12,031 bases of DNA, taken from NCBI GenBank assembly GCA_027310185.1, contig DAIDBH010000012.1, forward strand, positions 1 to 12,031, given 5' to 3'. Positions 1 to 8,154 of the stretch are shown here, piece after piece. Each line of letters opens with the position of its first letter. Within the stretch, counting starts at the first letter, position 1. The notes under the pieces were generated by a model. The model was not told the DNA's origin. It saw nothing but the letters and a program-made list of their open reading frames with translations, and ran no database searches. Source of the stretch: Thermoplasmatales archaeon (GTDB lineage Archaea > Thermoplasmatota > Thermoplasmata > Thermoplasmatales > Thermoplasmataceae). The position numbers and the translations under genes are program-made.

Positions 1-1
1 T

Positions 2-307
2 GCGCTTAGCGTAATCAGGGGAAATCTGCCATCCAGTGTTTATCAAGTTGCAGATAAGTACGAGACACAGATGAATATTCAGAACCAGACAGGCTCATGG
101 TCGGCTGAAACGGGTCATCTGGTTACAATGCTGATTGTCACTGGTCCAGACGGCACATTCGTTCACTTCTGGTTCATGTATCCATCATTTTCCAACAGTG
201 TATCTCCACAAACGGTGTTCAGGAATCTTTCCACATATACACAGATCAGTAATGCTGAAAGTGAGTTCCTGAATGCACTTGGTGGATCTAATGTTGCATG
301 CGCATGA
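2..307 (+). CDS. DUF929-family protein, C-terminal part (5' end outside window)
   Basis: The frame is open from base 2 (ALSVIRGNLPSSVYQVADKYETQMN...GHLVTMLIVTGPDGTF...VACA*), so the ATG at 71 is internal. It aligns with the C-terminus of the 1257-2075 protein (GVSVLKANFPSSVSSLFIKYETE...GHITSSLIITGPSGTY). Confidence 0.8.
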   Translation, partial: ALSVIRGNLPSSVYQVADKYETQMNIQNQTGSWSAETGHLVTMLIVTGPDGTFVHFWFMYPSFSNSVSPQTVFRNLSTYTQISNAESEFLNALGGSNVACA

Positions 308-577
308 AATCATGGAAAACAAATTTTAATACGAGTAATTTCAAGTGAGGCTGACAGGTTGAACATCTTTACAATTTATCAAAATAATGAAGAAAAGGTA
401 ATATCTAAAGTAAAAAAACTTTTACTTAATTCTATTTATATGAGTTGTAAATGGAATCAAAGGGATAATAGTGTAACTTAGTATTAACATGGAAGTTATG
501 AAAATGTTTGGAGGAATGCGACAGAACAATTTTAACTTGTTCCATTTTACCATGATCGGCAATTAGGTGTTGCAATA

Positions 578-1210
578 ATGAAGTTATTAAATGATTGGAG
601 GGGAAGGCAAATGCAAGTGACCCCGGTCAGGAATCATAAAATGATGAACATGGTATTAATTGCAGCTGGAATATTATACTGGGCCCTTTTTGCCTTTTCA
701 TCCGGAATGATTAAATATTATCAGGATTCCGTATCTGCTGTTTTAAGCAATAGTTTCAAGCATGCACCTATTTTTATCTACTACGGGAATATTCATTTTT
801 TTCTTATTTATGGCGGTCTATACTGGTTTCCAACCTATCACGTTGGTATTACTTTTCCTGTAATGCAGTTCACTCTTTCCGTTATATTGGCAGTCATGTT
901 TTCATTGGTATTAGGGGATATGATTAAAAGTAAAGGCACAAGAAGTGTGAAAAAAAATAGCGGTATGTCACTGGGATGGTCCTTATTTTCACTTATTTCC
1001 ACGACTGGAGGATGCTGTTCACTTCCATTTATTTACTATATTCTATCAATTGTAACCTCAACTTCTGCAAGTTTTGGCGTGACTCTCTTCTTCTCCTCCT
1101 ATTCCTATGTCATTGACATGTGGGTCATAGCAGCTCTTATCATTTTTCACTTAAGAAATAGGAAGACCAGTCATACACTTTCAGTTGACTGTAATTTTGA
1201 TGGTAATTAG
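578..1210 (+). CDS. Multi-pass membrane protein with GGCCSLP vicinal-cysteine motif, function unknown
   Basis: 210-aa ORF with about 4-5 hydrophobic segments and STTGGCCSLP within or next to one of them. The start could instead be the ATG at 611 or 641. Confidence 0.75.
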   Translation: MKLLNDWRGRQMQVTPVRNHKMMNMVLIAAGILYWALFAFSSGMIKYYQDSVSAVLSNSFKHAPIFIYYGNIHFFLIYGGLYWFPTYHVGITFPVMQFTLSVILAVMFSLVLGDMIKSKGTRSVKKNSGMSLGWSLFSLISTTGGCCSLPFIYYILSIVTSTSASFGVTLFFSSYSYVIDMWVIAALIIFHLRNRKTSHTLSVDCNFDGN

Positions 1211-1256
1211 TTCATTTGCCCATGCCTTTTGTTATCTAATAACCTGTTTTCATTAC

Positions 1257-2075
1257 TCAGATGACAGAGCTTATGGCATTGCCAAGTTTGGAGGTTCCAG
1301 TAGTTATGCCGGTATACTGAGAGAGCTCATTTATCAGAGTGGATGGCTGTATTCCTGCTATTATTGATGGGTTATATATCTCCCCTTCTACGTAATATGT
1401 TCCTGATGGCCCCGTTATTATCAAACTTGAGGTTATATGACCCGCATAATTTGCTATTGCTTCACCATTAAGCCCGGATGTTGCATATTCGGTCTCATAT
1501 TTTATAAACAGTGATGAAACTGAAGATGGGAAATTTGCTTTGAGAACGGATACACCCTGACTTACTGAACTTGGTCCGTCTGGCGGGAGGTATTCGCCAT
1601 AAACGTATATGACGTGAAAGTGATAATTTATTCCTCCCAAGGCGTAGGTGAAGTTATTGAAAAGGAGACCTGGTATGTCATTCGGTGACTCATCAGGATC
1701 GCTAAAATGCATATCTTTGTAAATAGTTGAAGCGGGAAGTGATGGATCCTGTGTATGCACATAGTTGTAAATTATCCAACTATCAGATGCACCAATTGGG
1801 CAGCCTTGCCATGAAAGAAAATAAATGTTCACACCTCCATCCGGCGAAACATCTGAACCGCTTATCTTGATGAAAGTTCCAGCTGGAACAATGATAGGAG
1901 TGGCAGTATTAGTTGGAACGCTTGAATTAAACATGCCAGATGCCATAAGCACTCCAACTATAATAACTACAGCAAGCAATATTGTTGCCGCAGTTGTTAA
2001 TACTCTCTTTCTCCTCTGCAACAGGATTCTTAATTCTTCCTGTGCCTGTTTATTATTCTTTTTTGGATTTGCCAT
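1257..2075 (-). CDS. DUF929-family membrane-anchored protein (thioredoxin-like, CPIGA motif)
   Basis: Basic N-terminus plus one TM helix, followed by YFLSWQGCPIGASDSW, HFSDP, IPGLLF and IITGPSGTY, which match my recollection of archaeal DUF929 (PF06053) motifs. Confidence 0.85.
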   Translation of the reverse strand: MANPKKNNKQAQEELRILLQRRKRVLTTAATILLAVVIIVGVLMASGMFNSSVPTNTATPIIVPAGTFIKISGSDVSPDGGVNIYFLSWQGCPIGASDSWIIYNYVHTQDPSLPASTIYKDMHFSDPDESPNDIPGLLFNNFTYALGGINYHFHVIYVYGEYLPPDGPSSVSQGVSVLKANFPSSVSSLFIKYETEYATSGLNGEAIANYAGHITSSLIITGPSGTYYVEGEIYNPSIIAGIQPSTLINELSQYTGITTGTSKLGNAISSVI

Positions 2076-2360
2076 TTTCTATATTAATGAATCAGCACAT
2101 TTAAAATTTAAGTAAACAGAAGTTTACTTAAAATCCTATCATACTTAAGGATCAAAATCATTGAGTGGATACTATGAATTCATTGATGAGATCAGGGAAA
2201 TTTTACAGGAAGGTATGCTTCGTGATTACAGAGAATTAAAAAAGCAATCTTACTTGCCTCAAAAGAAGGTACGTTAAAATAAGACGGTTATGAAAAAATA
2301 GCTTTTGTTTATGAACAGTATTCACAAATCATTTCAATATATATTTTTAGAAGCAGAGTT

Positions 2361-3194
2361 TCAATTGATTTTATATCCGTAGAAATCTATCTGGCAGATC
2401 TCCCGGAATCCGATCCTCTTGCATATTGGGGCTGACGTATTCTTAAGGGCGTGGATAATGATGTATTCCAGGCCATCCTTCTTGGCATCATCCAGTCTTT
2501 TCGATGACATCATCTTATAGATTCCCTTTCCTCTGTAGGCTGGATGCACAGCGGCACCATCCAGGATCGCATACCCATCCACCCTGTCAGTTGTCATCGT
2601 TGAAAATCCAACTTTCTTACCGGTACAAATTTCAGTGACAAAATAGGCCTTTACCTGCCCGTGATATCTTTCCGTATCGTTCAGCATCCCTAGCATTTGT
2701 ACTACGGTCGCTGCCGAACTCTCATCCATTAAATCTCCCCAGCATTCTTTTATCACACTGATATTTTGTCTTACTTGATCCAAGGAGGCAACATCTACAG
2801 AAAAGCCAGCAACATTATGATTAATTCCATCCTTAGTGCTCATTACCATGCCAACCTCTGTAGTGTATGGCATCGGAAAAAATCCGTGATTGACAAGACG
2901 AACATTCAGATCCTTAGGTTTGGTTGACGGTCCGATTACCCAGCTGAACGATTTCCCTTGCTTACTATATATATCAATAATCTTCACTATAGTAGCATCT
3001 GCGTTCTTTTCTGTAAGTTGGGCAAGACCCACATGATTAACATGTTCAGAATTCATGGGTGTAATATAACCCCTGACGCCTGCAACAGAAATTGGAGTTA
3101 TCCCTAACTTACTGAAAAAATCCATATCCAATCCCTTCCTGTTAAGCATTGCGTTTGTGCTTTCAATTATCTCATCCAGATTCGCTTCCTGCAT
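2361..3194 (-). CDS. GNAT family N-acetyltransferase
   Basis: 277-aa ORF with C-terminal acetyl-CoA motif A (AAVHPAYRGKGIY) and motif B (SAPICKRIGF). Confidence 0.9.
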   Translation of the reverse strand: MQEANLDEIIESTNAMLNRKGLDMDFFSKLGITPISVAGVRGYITPMNSEHVNHVGLAQLTEKNADATIVKIIDIYSKQGKSFSWVIGPSTKPKDLNVRLVNHGFFPMPYTTEVGMVMSTKDGINHNVAGFSVDVASLDQVRQNISVIKECWGDLMDESSAATVVQMLGMLNDTERYHGQVKAYFVTEICTGKKVGFSTMTTDRVDGYAILDGAAVHPAYRGKGIYKMMSSKRLDDAKKDGLEYIIIHALKNTSAPICKRIGFREICQIDFYGYKIN

Positions 3195-3320
3195 AAATTT
3201 ACATACAACAATAATTTAATAATTTTTCGAGGAACTCTGTTCTTATCTACTTTTGTGATGCAAACTTTATGACTCAATAATTTCAGCCATTTACTTCGAC
3301 GATCATGATTTATCTTATAC

Positions 3321-3420
3321 TTCTCCTCTAGAACCTTAATGAAGAGGTCTCTAATGCGGAAAAACGGCTGATTCATGAATTAATGTTACTTTGTTTCTTC
3401 GGAGGCTGATAGAAATCCTT
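3321..3420 (-). mobile_element. Decayed left end of an IS5-family element related to the IS at 11344
   Basis: The reverse complement of 3321-3420 aligns ungapped with 11344-11443 at 72/100 by hand count. The tips are aaggatttctatcagcctc vs gaggatttctaacaacctc. It encodes IRDLFIKVLEEKYK vs the transposase's MSDLFDEVLREKYR, with ATT in place of the ATG. Confidence 0.85.
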
Positions 3421-3547
3421 TAAATGGTGCTTTATTCATCCTATGGCTTAAGATTTCTGTTATACAATTACATCGAGAACTGGTAAGGACTCTATTCACA
3501 CTATTTTCTTAGGAAAACGTTAAAATAATTGTTACAAATGGTATCTG

Positions 3548-3781
3548 ATGGTTATTTCCCTTATCGAGGTAAAAGAGAAACTGAAACCACAGTTGAAGTT
3601 GCTTTTAGACGTTGATGATTTCAGGATACAGCAGGCAGAGCATACTGATATGGGCTGGTTCGTTATTGTTGAATATCAACAGCCAGAAAAGGGACTTATA
3701 GGTGATCTGGTATATTATAAAACTAAAACATCTGGATTTGTTGTTTCTGATAAAGACGGAAAAATCGAGAAAATGCTTTAA
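3548..3781 (+). CDS. Small hypothetical protein, possible PepSY-like fold
   Basis: 77-aa ORF preceded by BRE/TATA-like gaaaacgttaaaa. The pattern GWFVIVEY...GFVVSDKDGKI resembles PepSY/GvpO-like beta-strands (weak). Confidence 0.7.
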   Translation: MVISLIEVKEKLKPQLKLLLDVDDFRIQQAEHTDMGWFVIVEYQQPEKGLIGDLVYYKTKTSGFVVSDKDGKIEKML

Positions 3782-3797
3782 AGAGAAGAGAATCGAA

Positions 3798-4182
3798 ATG
3801 GGTGAACTATATCAGGAAATGGAGATAAATGGAAATATTACATCAGCAAAAGTAAAGACATTTCTTGATACTGGTTCCACATTTAACATAATAAGATATA
3901 AATTTTCAGACGGAACAATTGCCTTCAATATAGGAATTGAGATGTATGACCCAGAAGGTGCTGAAATTCTTCTTCCAGATACTGACAAAAAAAATTTACG
4001 GAACTATCACGTTCAAAAGCATTTCAGTTTTTGGAATAACAGTTATCGACCCAAGATTTACAACCTTTGTCCTCATGAAAATGGCGGATGTCGTCATAAT
4101 AGGTCACCCTTTAATGGAATATCTAGGAATAGTGCTGAATTTCAATAAGGATCGTGTGATAATTTCTGATTCTAGGAGGTAA
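3798..4182 (+). pseudogene. Retropepsin-like (clan AA) aspartic protease, frameshifted at an A8 run
   Basis: ATG 3798 gives MGELYQEMEING...KTFLDTGSTFNII (DTG motif). The C-terminal VIIGHPLMEYLGIVLNF motif is in the +1 frame and ends at 4182. Removing one A from 3987-3994 joins the two halves (DKKIYG). Confidence 0.85.
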
Positions 4183-4184
4183 AG

Positions 4185-4192
4185 TTTTTTTT
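4185..4192 (+). terminator. Oligo-T archaeal terminator candidate
   Basis: T8 run 2 nt after the stop at 4182. Confidence 0.45.
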
Positions 4193-4411
4193 CATGGAAA
4201 AAGTAGGACATTGGCTAAGTTAATAATATGAATTGTAACTCCTGAAACTAGAACTTTGATGGATCATAATTCAATTGGATGGTCTAATGATTCTAGAGAT
4301 AACAAATCCACCAATGACGAGGTATGAATTTAAAATTATTTTAGATAGATGACATCAAAACAAAGAGAACCATAAAGAGTATAAATCATCAACAGGTTAC
4401 AGATTGGTCTT

Positions 4412-5418
4412 GTGGAAATACCTGTGAGCAATAAGAACCATAAAGTGAAGAATGTGGTCAGTGGGAAAACTAACCATAACCAAACGGAAAAGTTCGATTG
4501 TTTCAAATATGACAGGAGAGCCCTGAAGAAGGATAGCTGGATCTTGAGCAAGCACATGAACGGCCGGGAATTCAAAACTCTCCAGGAAGCAAATGATTTT
4601 TACGCCCAGGCAAAGAACTCTGGTATGGTAGAGAACTTTCAGCCGGATGAGCCAGAAGATCAGGCTCAATTTCTTGCCTATGAAGCATTCAGCAGGAAGG
4701 GCATGGAACGCCGGAATATGGCAAAACATGCTCTTGAAATATCTGATAATTGCACTGATGCCTATGTAATTCTGTTGAGATGGAGAAGGAAAACAACAGG
4801 AAGATTGAGCTCTATGGCAAGGGCGTCAATGCTGCTGAGAGGATTCTTGGAAAGGAAATATTCCAGAAAGAAAAAGGGAACTTCTGGAAAATCATCGAAA
4901 CAAGGCCATATATGAGGGCACAGGAGGGTCTTGCTGTTGCATTATGGAATTCCGGAAAATTGGACAGTGCCCGGGCAATATATGAAAAGTTACTTGATCT
5001 TTATCTTGATGATAATCAGGGCAATTGATATTCACTCCTTTTCCTGTACATGTATAATAACAACCCGGCAATAGCAAAAAAACTCCTTAGCCAGTATGAT
5101 GAGGATAGTGCTGAGTGGAATTATAACAGGGCCCTGTTTCTATACATGACGGCTGGTGTAACTATGGAGTCCAAGAGTGCTCTTAGAAAGGCGTTTAAGT
5201 CCAACAGGTTTGTGCCGTTGATACTCCTTGGAAATGTTAATATTCCTCAGAACAGTAATTACATAACACCTGGTGAGCCTGATAAGGCAAACTCATACGC
5301 CCGGTTATCAGGTTCACTCTGGTCGAGAAACAGGGGAACGGTGGAGTGGCTTGTTACTGAATTTGATGAATACATGAAGGGTTGGGAGAAAACACCTGAA
5401 AAATTATTTGGCCGGTAA
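4412..5418 (+). pseudogene. TPR/ST7-like helical repeat protein (family often annotated SEC-C/TPR), broken by a frameshift and an in-frame stop
   Basis: Three track ORFs join into one recognisable protein: AQFLAYEAF...ALEISDNCTDAYVIL / ELYGKGVNAAERILG...FWKIIETRPYMRA...DDNQGN*YSLL / EWNYNRAL...SNRFVPLIL. There is a 1-nt deficit near 4774 and a TGA at 5026-5028 where Arg is expected. The start is uncertain. Confidence 0.85.
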
Positions 5419-5504
5419 TCTCCCAGTTATGAAACTTCAACAAGAAACTGTGTTTATATAGAGGCTTATTGAACTGTGCTTTTTCAATTATAAGGCTGAT
5501 ATAT

Positions 5505-5535
5505 GAAAAAATTAAATACAGGTAAGCATACTTAC
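5505..5535 (+). promoter_or_regulatory. BRE/TATA promoter with operator-like inverted repeat
   Basis: gaaaaaa followed by TTAAATA (5512-5518, 24-30 nt before the ATG at 5542), then GTAAG-cata-CTTAC at 5522-5535. Confidence 0.55.
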
Positions 5536-5541
5536 TGACAA

Positions 5542-5826
5542 ATGGTTAAAACAAAGATAACCGTTTCCGTGGATAGGCAGGTAGTGATTAATGCAAAACT
5601 TGCTTTGTTAAAGAAAAGAAGAGCACTCAGTGACTACATTGAAAATTCCCTCAGATCCTTATCAGTTACGGAGTTCCTGAACGATATATGCACAGAATTA
5701 AACTTGGACTGCGGATACACAAGCAGTGAGGATGTAGAAAGAATAAGACCAGACCTGGCAGGAAAAATATACTCAGAGAATATTCTAAGAGAAATGCGAA
5801 ATGAAAGAAACTCGCGCCTATCTTGA
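5542..5826 (+). CDS. Ribbon-helix-helix VapB-type antitoxin
   Basis: N-terminal KTKITVSVD...ALSDYIENSL fits the RHH pattern. The C-terminal SENILREMRNER overlaps the start of a PIN ORF, as in archaeal vapBC pairs. Confidence 0.75.
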   Translation: MVKTKITVSVDRQVVINAKLALLKKRRALSDYIENSLRSLSVTEFLNDICTELNLDCGYTSSEDVERIRPDLAGKIYSENILREMRNERNSRLS

Positions 5827-5899
5827 TACCAGCATCCTTGTCAAGAAGTTTGTAAATATTGCTATACAACAAATATATAATATAATAATATCCTTGTGA
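5801..5899 (+). pseudogene. vapC: Truncated VapC/PIN toxin
   Basis: ATG 5801 gives MKETRAYLDTSILVKKFV, the PIN N-terminal motif. It then runs into AT-rich sequence and stops at TGA 5897-5899 (32 aa). Not in the ORF track. Confidence 0.75.
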
Positions 5900-6081
5900 A
5901 CAAACAATAGTTATATAACCCTTTATGGAAGAATCTCCTAAGACGTGTGTCTTAATATGATATGATAAACATTTAATTTTAATAATTCTTTATAGTTCTT
6001 ATGTTAAAAAATGTGTTTAATAATATTATATTTAGGAATTACATGAACAAACATTTTTATACAACTTTGCAATAGGTCTAT

Positions 6082-6537
6082 ATGGATAATGTCCTTATAT
6101 TTACAAAAGATGGAATAAAGGTTTTAGAAATAATTAAGAACCCACTAATGCCTGAGAGGCAAGAAGAATCAATAGTTCCATATGATAAAATAACACAGTA
6201 TAATCCCTTAGATATACACGTGATAGGAATAGTTCCAAAGGTAGAAGGGGGAGTTTTGAGCCAGATTGAATTGAAGCTTGGAAAAGAAGACGAATCTTCT
6301 TACCATGATACCTTGTGGTTTAAAAAGCAAATTCAGGATTTTCTAAGTGATGGAAAAGAGTGGAAAAAAGAGAGTATTTATGCCAAGCTTCAACCTGAAT
6401 TTAACATCGGAGATCATAAGAAACTCAAAGGTGGAACAACTAGAGGATACTCGAACTTAAGTGGAGCCTTGGATCTTCTGAAGAAAGAAGGTGTTTTAGA
6501 AAACCCTAGAAAAGGGATATGGAGGTTGAGGAAATGA
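6082..6537 (+). CDS. Hypothetical protein with C-terminal Mrr_N-like winged-helix domain
   Basis: FLSDGKEW...ALDLLKKEGVLENPRKGIWRL resembles the Mrr N-terminal domain (PF14338). No nuclease motif is visible. Confidence 0.7.
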   Translation: MDNVLIFTKDGIKVLEIIKNPLMPERQEESIVPYDKITQYNPLDIHVIGIVPKVEGGVLSQIELKLGKEDESSYHDTLWFKKQIQDFLSDGKEWKKESIYAKLQPEFNIGDHKKLKGGTTRGYSNLSGALDLLKKEGVLENPRKGIWRLRK

Positions 6538-6628
6538 CTAAGATGACTGCATTTTATAAATTTTTATTAATCGAAGTGTATTGCATAGGTAACGTTTTTC
6601 AATTTAAAGATTAGGGGAAAGGTATACA

Positions 6629-6889
6629 TTGACCTACATAGTTAAATCTACGGAAACTTTCGAAAAAGAATGCTCTAAAAAACATAAGGATAAGAAAGAA
6701 TGGTTACAACAAATGGTGGAGAAATTGGAAAAAGACCCACAAATAGGAAAACCTTTGAGAGGAAAACTTCACGGGCTATGGCAGATACGAATTGGTCCAT
6801 TCAGGATATGGTACGAAATAAATGAAGAACTTAAAATAGTAACACTCAGAGCAATCCTGCACAAAGATGATGCAAAAAAATATTATTAG
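6629..6889 (+). CDS. relE: RelE/ParE family toxin
   Basis: 86 aa with a TTG start. DPQIGKPLRGKLHGLWQIRIGPFRIWYEI...ILHKDDA is a typical RelE pattern. Confidence 0.88.
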   Translation: MTYIVKSTETFEKECSKKHKDKKEWLQQMVEKLEKDPQIGKPLRGKLHGLWQIRIGPFRIWYEINEELKIVTLRAILHKDDAKKYY

Positions 6890-7062
6890 AGATCTTTCAG
6901 GAAATCCTTGACATTCCTGACTTTCCCTTTCTTTATGTCAATCTCACTTCCTTCTATTTGTTCCATTACATATTCATTTTCAAGAGTTTCAACTGTAGCT
7001 TCAAGACTTTCCAGGTCAGATTTTGGAATGCTTACAAGTCTAGATTGCTTAGTAGCGGTCAT
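6886..7062 (-). CDS. 58-aa antitoxin-like protein (Phd/YefM C-terminal-like)
   Basis: Hand translation: MTATKQSRLVSIPKSDLESLEATVETLENEYVMEQIEGSEIDIKKGKVRNVKDFLKDL*. It has an acidic core and the ESLxxTxExL...I..S..DI..GKV pattern. Its stop overlaps the relE stop. It is absent from the ORF track, probably because of its short length. Confidence 0.8.
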   Translation of the reverse strand: MTATKQSRLVSIPKSDLESLEATVETLENEYVMEQIEGSEIDIKKGKVRNVKDFLKDL

Positions 7063-7251
7063 ATTATTACTATATACATTCCCATTTTATTATCTTTTGG
7101 TATGATACTAGTTAGGACCTGTACAATACAATTGGCAAAATAGGGTTTCACTGGGCTCTTTCCTTTTATATGAGAAGAAATTGGTGTAGCTTTAATACGT
7201 AAAAATTTAAGATGGAATTGTTAGTCAATGTACAAGGAGAATGTATTAATA

Positions 7252-8154
7252 TCAATCTCTGCCCTTTATTTCTCCATAAAGACGCAATGCTGCAAGACTT
7301 GTCATCCACCTACTGTTTAACATGATCCCTGGAAGTTCACCCTGCTTGATTCTGAGTGCCAGGTATTTTGCCGAATAATCCTTTTGAAAAGATCCTATGG
7401 CTTCGTTTAATGTCAATAACCTATCTTCCTCAGATCCAGCCATATCAAGGGCAAAAAGAAGTGATCCTGCCATATTTATCTTAAGGAACTCTGTCAGCTT
7501 TTCCACTCCATCAGTATGTGCAGACTCAAGGGTATCCAGGTATACATTCCTATCATGTGGAAGAATGTGTACTAGTGGCCAGTTGTGATTGAGGAAATGC
7601 ATGTTAAGCAGTAATCTGCCGACCCTCCCATTTCCATCTGAGAATGGATGGATTGATTCAAAGCCAAAGTGCATCTGAGCAGCCTGGGAGAAAACATCTT
7701 CACGCTTCATTTCCATTTCCTCATACTGCTTCTCCCATACCTGGAGAAGAGTGAGAAGTTTTTCGACTCTTGGCGGGGAATGCTTCGACCCAGATATTTT
7801 AACATTAACCATTCTCCATCTCCCAGCGTCTAGAAGTATCCCGCGAAATATCGTCTCATGCAAATTCAATGCACTTGCCATATTGACCTCAAATAGTTTT
7901 CCTCTTATTACCTCCTCTAAAGCTGCACGAAGCTGAACAGTTTCCATTACATCTTTTATGAGTCTGTTTGGGACGGTCATCCCAGTTTCTATTACTTTTG
8001 TAACTTCGTTCAGTGTTAGCGTATTCCCCTCTATTGAATTGGTTCCCCAGGTGTTCAAGATGATTGACTCCACAAGTGTCTTTTCCGGTAAATTGCGTAA
8101 CGATCCTCGATCCAACAGCCTCTCCCTTAGACTATTTAATATGTTTCTATCCAT
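7252..8154 (-). CDS. Fic family protein (class II) with C-terminal HTH
   Basis: Canonical HPFSDGNGRVGR motif and N-terminal inhibitory motif TNSIEGN. The C-terminal LLTLNEA...YLALRIKQGELPG...RWMTS looks like an excisionase/HTH_17 domain. Confidence 0.93.
   Translation of the reverse strand: MDRNILNSLRERLLDRGSLRNLPEKTLVESIILNTWGTNSIEGNTLTLNEVTKVIETGMTVPNRLIKDVMETVQLRAALEEVIRGKLFEVNMASALNLHETIFRGILLDAGRWRMVNVKISGSKHSPPRVEKLLTLLQVWEKQYEEMEMKREDVFSQAAQMHFGFESIHPFSDGNGRVGRLLLNMHFLNHNWPLVHILPHDRNVYLDTLESAHTDGVEKLTEFLKINMAGSLLFALDMAGSEEDRLLTLNEAIGSFQKDYSAKYLALRIKQGELPGIMLNSRWMTSLAALRLYGEIKGRD

Noticed and set aside
2149-2277. Short open frame (LSGYYEFIDEIREILQEG...) that looks protein-like
   Set aside because: Under 45 codons and no family recognised. 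It may be a gene fragment but cannot be supported.
3167-3376. 69-aa minus-strand ORF
   Set aside because: Explained by the decayed IS5 end, and it overlaps the GNAT start.
3702-3797. Upstream extension of the track's 148-aa ORF
   Set aside because: It overlaps the 77-aa gene. ATG 3798 fits a retropepsin N-terminus better.
3992-3998. A_AAT_TTA slippery heptamer suggesting programmed -1 frameshifting
   Set aside because: The protease C-terminus is in the +1 frame. The -1 frame stops after about 15 codons.
5026-5028. In-frame TGA as selenocysteine or read-through
   Set aside because: Arg, not Cys, is expected at this position, and the gene has a second lesion upstream. A nonsense mutation is simpler.
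5461-5475. gaggcttattgaact, resembling the IS inverted repeat
   Set aside because: Short partial match lacking the terminal bases, compatible with chance.
6908-7143. Plus-strand ORFs 6908-7105 and 6958-7143
   Set aside because: Antisense shadows of the 58-aa antitoxin-like gene.
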